This document shows, piece after piece, positions 36,838-44,734 of a stretch of DNA of 57,640 nucleotides (position 1 is the first letter of the stretch; each line of letters begins with the position of its first letter). The position numbers and the translations under genes are program-made. The DNA is from a virus. Taxonomy: Duplodnaviria; Caudoviricetes. The notes beneath the pieces were generated by a model, which was not told the origin of the DNA, ran no database searches, and saw only the letters and a program-made list of their open reading frames with translations. Where the stretch lies: positions 1 to 57,640 of IMG/VR virus record IMGVR_UViG_3300035703_000108. One strand, given 5' to 3'.

Positions 36838-37590
36838 ATGCCTACTAAGAACGAAGGAACGCTTCACATCGATGCCCTCAAGCAAGGGCGCATCCGGCTG
36901 CGGCTGATCGGCACCACGCCGATGTACATGAACAACATGAGCATCAAGGCTAAGCGCGATCTGCTGATCGGCGGGGGCCGGAAAACCGCCGCCGAGAAGA
37001 AGGACATCAAGCACGACCCCGAGCGGGAGTTCCGCGACAGCGCGCACAAGCACGAGGTCGGCGAGACGATGCTCTGCTTCCCCGCGCCCGGCGTGAAGTC
37101 GGCGATGGCGACAGCAGCCCTCGAAACACCGGGCGTCACCAAGTCTAGCGTCCAGCGTCTCATCTTCCTGCCGCAGCAGAAGATCAGCGTGTGGGGCAAG
37201 CCCTACCTCAAGATGGACGTGGTGCGCTCTGCGGACATGAACCGCACGCCGGACATCCGCACCCGCTGCTACCTGCCGCGCTGGGTGGCCGAGGTGGACA
37301 TCGCCTTCGTGACGCCAACGCTGTCGGCGCACGCCATCATCAGCCTGCTGTCCAACGCAGGTGTGGTCGTCGGGTTGGGTGACTTCCGGCAGGAGAAGGG
37401 TCGCGGCAGTTACGGCACGTTCGCTGTCGCTGGCGACGATCTGGGCGACTGGCAGGCGTACTGGGACGAGGTCACACAGGAAGGCCGCGCAGTGCAGCAG
37501 GCGGCTCTGGACAACCCTGAGCTGGCTGACGCCGACACGGTCGAGTTGATGGACATCCTCAATGAAGAGCGCGCCCGCAGGGTCGCATGA
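36838..37590 (+). CDS. Stand-alone Cas7/RAMP-like protein (250 aa), putative effector of the adjacent repeat RNA
   Basis: N-terminal strand RLRLIGTTP, FPAPGVKSAM helix, and C-terminal Gly-rich loop AGVVVGLGDFRQEKGRGSYGTF characteristic of RAMP-fold proteins; no other cas genes nearby. Confidence 0.7.
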   Translation: MPTKNEGTLHIDALKQGRIRLRLIGTTPMYMNNMSIKAKRDLLIGGGRKTAAEKKDIKHDPEREFRDSAHKHEVGETMLCFPAPGVKSAMATAALETPGVTKSSVQRLIFLPQQKISVWGKPYLKMDVVRSADMNRTPDIRTRCYLPRWVAEVDIAFVTPTLSAHAIISLLSNAGVVVGLGDFRQEKGRGSYGTFAVAGDDLGDWQAYWDEVTQEGRAVQQAALDNPELADADTVELMDILNEERARRVA

Positions 37591-37595
37591 TGTGT

Positions 37596-37627
37596 TTGCG
37601 GGGCGGGCCACGTGTCCGCCCACGCAA
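37596..37627 (+). other. Leader hairpin preceding the pentamer array
   Basis: TTGCG-GGGCGGGC-cacgt-GTCCGCCC-a-CGCAA: 13-bp stem with one bulge. Confidence 0.7.
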
Positions 37628-37636
37628 CTGGTTTAC

Positions 37637-37953
37637 GGCGGTCTTGGTGAGGTACGGCGCGTCAGGGCGCGGCTGGGTGAGGCGAGGTCGGGCGGTTATG
37701 GCTGGGTGACGCATGTTGGGGCAGGGCGCGGCTAGGTCGGGCGGTCGAGGTAGGGCTTGGTCTGATCGGTTAGGGTTCGGCGGTTCAGGTTCGGCGGTTC
37801 AGGTTCGGATAGGTCGGGTTGGGCTAGGTACGTCCCGGCGCGGCAAGGCGGTTGAGACACGGCAAGGCAAGGTCGGTTGCGATCCGGCATGTCAAGGCTT
37901 GGCGGTTCAGGTTGGGCTGCGTTCGCTTGGGTTTGGCGCGTCTTGGCGGTTAA
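37637..37953 (+). ncRNA. GGY-NN pentamer array divided by GGCGGTY-NN delimiters (candidate guide-RNA array)
   Basis: Delimiters at 37637, 37691, 37740, 37779, 37793, 37847, 37901, 37945 enclose 9, 8, 6, 1, 9, 9 and 7 pentamers; 35 of 49 start with GGY and the other 14 differ at one base. The repeat is seen directly; the RNA call is inference. Confidence 0.75.
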
Positions 37954-37974
37954 GTGAAACGAAAGGAGACAGAG

Positions 37975-38475
37975 ATGAGTGGATTTCCAAAGAAAGAGCG
38001 GCAACGCATAATTGACGAGTATCTCGCAACCACGGGCCGTAACATGTTCGTGCCCAGCGAGTTCATCGACTGGCTTGGCGATAACCCCAAGCATGAGGCT
38101 TACGACTGGTTCTACGGCATGGCTGATGCCGAAGCGGCGCGCGAGTACCGCATCGCTCTGGCGAGGCGCATGGCGAGCGGCCTGCGGATCGTGGCGCAAG
38201 TGAGCGTGGCACCGGACAGCGCGCAGGTGGTGCAGTTCAGCACCCGCGAGTTCCCAGCCTATGTGTCCCCCGTGTCGGGCCGCAAGGACGGCGGCGGCTA
38301 CTCGCCGTTCAACCCGGACGATCCGGTGCTGATGGACGAGCTGCGCTGCCAAGGCGCGCAGGCTCTGCGGAGCTGGCTCGAACGCTATCGCGGCGCCGCA
38401 GAGGCGGCAGGCATCGACGTCGTGCCGATCGAGCACATCGCCGGGGCCATGCACCGCGAGCGGAGCGCCGCGTGA
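37975..38475 (+). CDS. Accessory protein downstream of the array (166 aa)
   Basis: AAGGAG RBS at 37963; HEAYDWF...DAEAAREYRIALARR motif; starts 22 bp after the array. Confidence 0.8.
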   Translation: MSGFPKKERQRIIDEYLATTGRNMFVPSEFIDWLGDNPKHEAYDWFYGMADAEAAREYRIALARRMASGLRIVAQVSVAPDSAQVVQFSTREFPAYVSPVSGRKDGGGYSPFNPDDPVLMDELRCQGAQALRSWLERYRGAAEAAGIDVVPIEHIAGAMHRERSAA

Positions 38476-38561
38476 TGGAGCTGCTACTCGCATCCATCGC
38501 CGTCCTCGTCTGGTGGGCCTACCGCGCAGACCGGGCCTTCATAGACAAGCACGACTTCTGA
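38475..38561 (+). CDS. Small membrane peptide (28 aa, MELLLASIAVLVWWAYR...)
   Basis: TGATG coupling to the accessory gene; hydrophobic N-terminus. Confidence 0.45.
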   Translation: MELLLASIAVLVWWAYRADRAFIDKHDF

Positions 38562-38603
38562 CCCTATCTCGGCCTCCTAGCCCAGTGCTATGGAGGCCGA
38601 GAA

Positions 38604-39020
38604 ATGCGTAAGAGATATGAGACAGATGAAGACCGCCAGAACGAGCGTGATGTAGCCACCGCGATTGCGCAGCACTACCACCTCACACCCATCAAGCTCC
38701 CCGACCACAGCCGGGCCGATTTCATCATGCACCGCGACGGCGTCGCGCAGTCTGTGATCGAGATCAAGTGCCGCAACGTCTCGTCAGCCAAGTACGAGAC
38801 CCTCATGCTCAGCAAGAGCAAGTACTACGCCCTGCTCGACTGGGCGGAAAGGGGCTTCAAGGCCGCCCTCGTCGTGCGTTGGACGGACGCGATCGGCATC
38901 TGCCCCGTGCCCGTGGAGCACAGCCTCGGCACAGGCGGACGCACAGACCGTGGTGATGCCCTCGACATCGAGAGCGTCGTCCACATCCCCATTGACCGCT
39001 TCAAGCTCATCCCCCGGTAG
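38604..39020 (+). CDS. PD-(D/E)XK-fold nuclease-like protein (138 aa)
   Basis: E...ADF...VIEIKCR motif; GGAGG RBS inside a hairpin. Confidence 0.65.
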   Translation: MRKRYETDEDRQNERDVATAIAQHYHLTPIKLPDHSRADFIMHRDGVAQSVIEIKCRNVSSAKYETLMLSKSKYYALLDWAERGFKAALVVRWTDAIGICPVPVEHSLGTGGRTDRGDALDIESVVHIPIDRFKLIPR

Positions 39021-39657
39021 GCGTGCCGTACATGTAGGCGTCCGTGTCGCCGTACCGCTCGATCTGCGCGGCGTCGTGCTCGACGCTGAACTCGATCGTG
39101 CTGCACTTGAAGTCAGGGATCTTGGGCTCGGCTGGCGTCAGCGAGGCATCGAAGATCCGCAGCCGGTTGTTGGGGTAGGCGCAGAACTGGCCGTTCTCCA
39201 ACTCCACGATGTTCATGCTCTTGTGCTCGCTGGGCGTCTCGCTGGTGCTGTAGTCCACCGCATCGACCGAGGGGTGGTAGTTGTCCAGCGTGCAGACGTA
39301 CGAGCCGCGCATCGTACCGCCAGAGCGCAGGCGGGCCTCGAAGAGCATGCTCCCGATGAACTGCTTCGACACGCTGACGATCCCGTAGTCCATGCAGTTC
39401 CAGAATTGCAGGTCGGTCAGGGGCAGGTCGCGCTCCGGCAACTCAGGACGCGACAGGAAGGCGCTGATCGGGAGCTTGTCGAACATCGCCCCATACTCGG
39501 GCAGATACGTCTCGAAGTAGAGCGCGCGACCGGGGATGCTCTTGGCGCTCACCCACACGCCCTTCACGAACTCGCCGTGCCCGTCCGCCAGATCGCGCAG
39601 GTACTCTTTGCGCACCCACACGTGCTGCGCGGGTAGGTTGGTCACCAGTGTGCTCAT
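39007..39657 (-). CDS. Conserved phage protein of unknown function (216 aa)
   Basis: CAGGAG RBS; VRKEYL.DL..GHGEF, EHKS.N...L.NGQFCAYPNNR; lone antisense gene in the early arm. Confidence 0.8.
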   Translation of the reverse strand: MSTLVTNLPAQHVWVRKEYLRDLADGHGEFVKGVWVSAKSIPGRALYFETYLPEYGAMFDKLPISAFLSRPELPERDLPLTDLQFWNCMDYGIVSVSKQFIGSMLFEARLRSGGTMRGSYVCTLDNYHPSVDAVDYSTSETPSEHKSMNIVELENGQFCAYPNNRLRIFDASLTPAEPKIPDFKCSTIEFSVEHDAAQIERYGDTDAYMYGTPTGG

Positions 39658-39691
39658 GCTCGTCTCCTGTGGGTAAGTATTGTGGCGTAGG

Positions 39692-39754
39692 TTGCAACCT
39701 GCAATTTACACGCTAGATATACGTCATCAGCCACGCATACAGGAGTTACCAATG
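39692..39754 (+). promoter_or_regulatory. Early promoter-leader, copy 3
   Basis: TTGCAA-N8-TTACA-N13-TCATCAGC...CAGGAG. Confidence 0.7.
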
Positions 39755-40066
39755 ATTATCGAATGGCACAAGGAACCGCGCAGCCGCCGCCTTCTGGCCC
39801 GGCTCAACAAGAACAACGTCGAGCTGGTCAAGCGCGTCTTCTTCCCCGCCGACTTCCATGAGTACGTTGGCGTTGACCGCGACACGCGCCGCGTCATGGC
39901 GCTGCTGGAGAACCGCCGCGAGCGCGCCATTGACCGCGCCGTTGACAGCGCCTTTGGCCTCACGTTCTTGGAGGCAGCCGCCGACGGCTCGCGCAGCGCC
40001 GAGTTGATGGCTATCCTCAACGCCGCACCGGATGTCAGCGCCGTGGTCGGGGAGGCACTGCGGTGA
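39752..40066 (+). CDS. Hypothetical protein (104 aa)
   Basis: CAGGAG RBS before ATG 39752. Confidence 0.7.
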   Translation: MIIEWHKEPRSRRLLARLNKNNVELVKRVFFPADFHEYVGVDRDTRRVMALLENRRERAIDRAVDSAFGLTFLEAAADGSRSAELMAILNAAPDVSAVVGEALR

Positions 40067-40193
40067 TCCACGAAGCCAACATCATCGCCGCGTGGCGCAT
40101 CATCGACCAGCTCCGCTTCACGCCCGAGCACGAGATCCGCGCCATGCGCGTCGCCCTCTGCGAGATGCGCGACAACCTCGATCTGATCCTCGC

Positions 40194-40493
40194 ATGAAGA
40201 CCGAGATCATCCTAGCCTGCGCGCGCCTGTTCAACGTGCCCACCGCTCGCCTCAAGGGCTATGCCCGCTGCGATGGCGCCAAGGAGGCGCGCTTCGCCCT
40301 CTACCGGGCGCTGCACTCGCGGGGCAACTCGTACTCGGCGATCGGCGTCATGCTCGACCGCGACCACTCAACGATCCTGCACGGCGTGCGTGAGGCGGAC
40401 GCGATGATGGCAGCGTGCCCTGAGTATGCAGCCAAGGTGGCCGAGCTGACCGCATGGCGCCCGGCGTACTTCAATCAGAAAGACCCGACATGA
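40194..40493 (+). CDS. DnaA domain IV-like HTH protein (99 aa)
   Basis: SYSAIG..LDRDHSTILHG matches the DnaA C-terminal signature. Confidence 0.8.
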   Translation: MKTEIILACARLFNVPTARLKGYARCDGAKEARFALYRALHSRGNSYSAIGVMLDRDHSTILHGVREADAMMAACPEYAAKVAELTAWRPAYFNQKDPT

Positions 40494-40741
40494 AGATCGA
40501 CAAAGACATACCCGTCCCCGCACGCAGACGCATCACAGCCGTAGGCATAGAGCATCTCGACGCGATGGACGTGGGCGACAGCATCGGCGTGCCGCTACCC
40601 AAGGAGTACCGCGCCAAGCCTACTGTGTGGGCTGGCACCAACCGCCTGCGCAACGCCGCCTATCAGTACGGCAAGCGCACGGGCAAGAAGTTCACCGTGC
40701 GGGCCATGCCCAACGAGATCAGAGTGTGGAGAGTATTATGA
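40490..40741 (+). CDS. Small putative DNA-binding protein (83 aa)
   Basis: KIDKDIPVP...MDVGDS...FTVR...IRVWRV motif common in phages. Confidence 0.7.
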   Translation: MKIDKDIPVPARRRITAVGIEHLDAMDVGDSIGVPLPKEYRAKPTVWAGTNRLRNAAYQYGKRTGKKFTVRAMPNEIRVWRVL

Positions 40742-41025
40742 GCGATTATCTGAAGGTCGATCAAATGCACAAGACCAAGATGCGGAACGGCAGCGAGATG
40801 CTGCTGGACGCCCTGCGCAACCAGCACCCGCGCATCGTCGCCCACCTGACCAAAGCCAAGCGCGAGGAAGGAAACGAAGTGGAACAGCCCAAGTTCGTCG
40901 CGGCCCACCGGCCCCACCCCAACCGTCGCACCACCAGCGACAGCGTGTGGCCCCTGCGCCGCGCTGACGGGCAGACCTACGCCGCGACGCAGCCGCACTA
41001 CCAGCCGAAGGTGACCAAGCCATGA
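40738..41025 (+). CDS. Hypothetical protein (95 aa)
   Basis: ATGA overlap with the upstream gene. Confidence 0.6.
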   Translation: MSDYLKVDQMHKTKMRNGSEMLLDALRNQHPRIVAHLTKAKREEGNEVEQPKFVAAHRPHPNRRTTSDSVWPLRRADGQTYAATQPHYQPKVTKP

Positions 41026-41122
41026 TCCGCCCGCCCGATGACCGCGCCACCAGCCTCGCATGGATCGTGAACATATGCCTAGCCGTCACCTTGTGGATCG
41101 GCGTGATCGGGTGGCTGGCGTC

Positions 41123-41290
41123 ATGAGCAACAACACACTCATCGCCGTCGCGCTTGTGGCGACCATTTCGTGGCTTGCCTTCCTGTGGGGCGGCACGGTC
41201 TACCTCGTCGGCTGGCACGGCTGGTCGCCGTGGTGGTTCATCCTGACGCTGCTTCTGTCCGAGGGCACCAAAGTGAAGGCGAAATCATGA
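41123..41290 (+). CDS. Small membrane protein (55 aa)
   Basis: Hydrophobic; GWSPWWFILTLLL. Confidence 0.6.
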   Translation: MSNNTLIAVALVATISWLAFLWGGTVYLVGWHGWSPWWFILTLLLSEGTKVKAKS

Positions 41291-43882
41291 TCCCCGCCGC
41301 GCACCTCGACCGCTGGGCCGAGAGGCAGGCCGACTACATGGCCGAGATACGCCGCCGCGCATGGCTGCGTGAGCATATGCCAGAACTGATTGATGAGGGA
41401 GATGAGTGGTGAAGATTGAAATTGCGACTGACATTCCAATCCCGCTGAGCGGGCCTGATATGGTCGGGAATGTCTACCCAGTGCGCGGCGGGTTTGGCGC
41501 TCGCAACGGGCATATGCACGTCATTATTGCCCATTATGACAAGGTGCAGGGGTGTTGCCGATATTCGGGCTACTGCACCGTGACAGTCGATTGCGACGGC
41601 GAGATCGTCGGAGCGAATAATTACGCGACGCACTACTTCGACAACAAGGTGCCGATGGCGAAGGTCGAAGGTTTGGATGATGTCGCACTCGTTATGAGGT
41701 CGCTGTGACGCAATCTGCTACACATATGCCAGAACTGATTGATGAAGCAATTGCAGCGTGGATCTGCCGCGCCGCCGCCGACACCATCGAAGCCCAAGCG
41801 GCTGAGATCGAGGAACTCAAAAGCTGGAAGGCGGCAGAGGACGCGCATCATCACGCAATGCGGGCTGAGATCGAGCGGCTGCGTGAGGCGCTGCGGGAAA
41901 TGTTTGAAGCCGTATGCGGTGAGACTGGGTTCGCCCAAGCCGTGAGAGCCGAAAGCGGTTTCGCGTATCCATGGCCTGCGCTTGATATTGCTGAAGCAAT
42001 GGCCCGCGCAGCATTAAAGGAGAAGAGTGGTGAGTGAGATTAAGAAAGACCCTATCGTTGTCCCCTCCGGCTGGGAGTGGGTAAATATCAGCGATGAAGA
42101 CGCAGTAGTTTTCACTGACCACAGCCATCGCGACATCCTACGCTTCGTCATCAGCGAATTGGGCGAAGAGATCAGGTTTCATGTCGATGACCTGCTGGGA
42201 GAGACGGAATGACCCACAAGAAAACACCGCCCGACTGGGTGCTCCGCGAGGCGGAAAAGCGGGCCGGAATTAACCTTCCGCTACCCCCATTGACTTACCT
42301 TAACGGCGGAGCATTTGCCGCCCTCTGCGAAATGATCGAACGCTACGAGCAGCCACCCGTGGATCGCAAGCTGCTGTGTGCGCGTGAGGCGGCTAAAGAG
42401 TATGGATACGATCAGGGGGACTTGGCGGAAAACGCTTGCCGCCGCGCCATCGAACTTTGGGAAGGAGGGTTTGGGAAATGACCGAGAACATCAACAGCGA
42501 AGCCCTCGACAAGCTGTTCGAGATCGACGGAGAGCTTTGGGGCAGTCCGAGCCTTGTCCGCATGGCCCGTATCCGTGCCAGCATCCTCCACTCATTTTCC
42601 GCTTGGGGCTGCAGTGACGACGGCGCGTTGATCGGTGCGCTTGCTGATGAGGTGGAGCGGCTGCGGCGCGTTGTAATCGATGTTGCGGCTTCCCTTGCTG
42701 CGGCAATCAGCCTGCTTGAGCGCGGTGGTAAGGCGGCGAAGAAAGCCGCACCGTCTGACCTTATGTTTGACCAGATGGTGCGGGATTACACGGCCAGCCT
42801 TGAGGATGCCCGCGCCGCATTAGGAGAGACGGAATGATTGACAAGCAAACACCGCCCGAATGGGTGCTACTCGAAGCTGCGAAGCGGATCGGCAAGCAAA
42901 GCCTCAACACTGATCGTCTGCCGGAACTTTATGCCTCGACTTGCAACATGGGCAAAGCCGTCCGCGCACTCTGCGACATGATCGAACGCTACGAGCAGCC
43001 GCCACCAGATCGCAAGCTGCTGTGTGCCCGTGAGGTTATGAAATACTGGACAGATGTGAACGAGGAAGAAGCGCAAGCCGCTTGTATCCGCGCCATCGAA
43101 CTCTACGAAGGGGGGTTTGGGAAATGACAACACCGAAGGACGTGGTCGGGTTTTTGAATTATCTATTTAGCCTGCGCTTCAGCTACGCCGACTTGGTCGC
43201 AATCATAATGCCAGTCTCTGTTCTGAAGGGGTTTGGCACGTTGGCTGTCTTTGCCGTCATCTTCTTTTGGCTAAAGGGCAACAACGTTGTGAGGAACCGC
43301 CTCGCAGTCCGCGCCGCATTAGGAGAGACGGAATGACAACACCGAAAGTCAACTGGTCGGAGAAAGATCAATTCTACTGGCTGCGCGGTGCCTTTGACGA
43401 GGTGCTGACGTTCGACAGTGTCCTCGACGCGCAGGCCGCTGCCCGCGAGATCGAGATCGATAACGCCGTGAAGGCGCGCGAGGCGCTGATCATGAAGTGG
43501 CTGCGCAGGCACGGGATGCGGCAGACGGCCATGATGCTTCAAAAGGGAGAACACCTGAAATGACCGCACAGGACGAGCGCGCAAAGGTGGTGGCGTGGTT
43601 GAGGGGCGATGCTGCCAAGATGCGGCAAGAAATGTCACGCCTTCATTCCCGCAAGAAGCTGACACCGCTGATGACAGTGCAATGGGAAGATTTAATCCAA
43701 CTCAAGGTGGGTATAGCCGACGCCATCGAACGCGGCGACCACCTCAAGGAAAAGACGGAATGACCGACGTAGCATCAATCCTCGCCTGCTATCGCAGCGG
43801 GCAGATCAGTGAGGCCGAGATGGTGGACATCTGCCGTGAATGGCCGGAAGTTGAAGAAGCTTTGAAGGAGAACACGAAATGA
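41287..43882 (+). other. Array of about 11 small, translationally coupled genes with shared junction sequences
   Basis: ORFs 41287-41412, 41409-41708, 41705-42037, ~42030-42212, 42209-42481, 42478-42837, 42834-43127, 43124-43336, 43333-43563, 43560-43763, 43760-43882; repeated GGAGAGACGGAATGA and GGGTTTGGGAAATGAC junctions. Confidence 0.75.
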
Positions 43883-44058
43883 AGAAGATCGTTATCGCAG
43901 CCGCTTTGGCCCTGACCGCCACGCCCGTGGCGGCACAGCAGATGACCTACTACCTGACCGCGCAGTGGTATGAGAACGGCCAGCAGATGTGCAAATACGG
44001 CAACGGCACCGTGTTGAACATGGGCTATCGCCTCTGCCCACTCAGCATCAAGGGCTAG
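43879..44058 (+). CDS. Small secreted protein with signal peptide and two Cys (59 aa)
   Basis: AAGGAG RBS; MKKIVIAAALALTATPVAA signal peptide. Confidence 0.7.
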   Translation: MKKIVIAAALALTATPVAAQQMTYYLTAQWYENGQQMCKYGNGTVLNMGYRLCPLSIKG

Positions 44059-44187
44059 TGGGATGACCAGCGGCAACTGGCTGGCGCTGTTCATGCTGGG
44101 TGTGGTGGGGGTGACTGTTTACGGCATCCTCACGCGCCCAGAGATTAGCTTGGAAGAAATCGAAGAACTGGAAGAGGACTGGTGGTC

Positions 44188-44478
44188 ATGACACTTAAGG
44201 ACATAATCAACCCGTGGGGCGCGCTGAAGAAGGCACGTCGGGACGCCGAGTACAACAAGGACGTATCGCGGGTCTTCAGCGAAGAGGTCGAACGCATCGC
44301 GGAAGCGCGGGACATCGACGCGAAGGCGCACGCCCTCAAGGTCAAGAACCTGCGCGCCGAAATTCGCAGGCTTGAAGAAGTCATCGCCAGCGGGCACTAT
44401 CGCAACCCCGAAACGGGGCGTCTGGGCCGCAAGGGGGAGATGTTCCCGTCGAGCGGCAAGACTGGGGGGAAAGCATGA
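44188..44478 (+). CDS. Hypothetical coiled-coil protein (96 aa)
   Basis: GAGGA RBS; coupled to the next gene. Confidence 0.6.
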   Translation: MTLKDIINPWGALKKARRDAEYNKDVSRVFSEEVERIAEARDIDAKAHALKVKNLRAEIRRLEEVIASGHYRNPETGRLGRKGEMFPSSGKTGGKA

Positions 44479-44717
44479 GCACGAAGGAAGATCGCGTCGC
44501 CGCGATCGACGAGGCCGTAAAGCGAGGGGGCGGCATCGTCGCCTTCTCGCGGCGCATGGGCGTAACGCACCAAGCCATATACAACTGGCGCAACAGGGGC
44601 TGGGCGCCCCTTCAGCGGGCAATCGCGATCGAGGCCATCTTCGGCATCAATCGTTACGAGACGATGGACCCGTCCGCAGCCCGCGTCCTTGCCGCGTCGC
44701 CAGACACCAGCGTCTGA
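44475..44717 (+). CDS. Cro-like HTH regulator (80 aa)
   Basis: GGIVAFSRRMGVTHQAIYNWRNRG; directly upstream of the primase. Confidence 0.8.
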   Translation: MSTKEDRVAAIDEAVKRGGGIVAFSRRMGVTHQAIYNWRNRGWAPLQRAIAIEAIFGINRYETMDPSAARVLAASPDTSV

Positions 44718-44734
44718 CATAGAAGGGAGGGGAC

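Noticed and set aside
37637-37953. Canonical CRISPR array, simple microsatellite or G-quadruplex tract
   Set aside because: No 23-50 bp repeats with unique spacers; positions 4-5 are too diverse for a satellite; G-runs are mostly GG and the 9+5n unit structure is not explained by a quadruplex, though G4 folding is not excluded
37713-38015. 100-aa Gly/Arg-rich ORF over the array (and antisense ORF 37732..38493)
   Set aside because: By-product of the G-rich repeat; periodicity is 5 nt rather than 3, there is no RBS, and it overlaps the real gene starting at 37975
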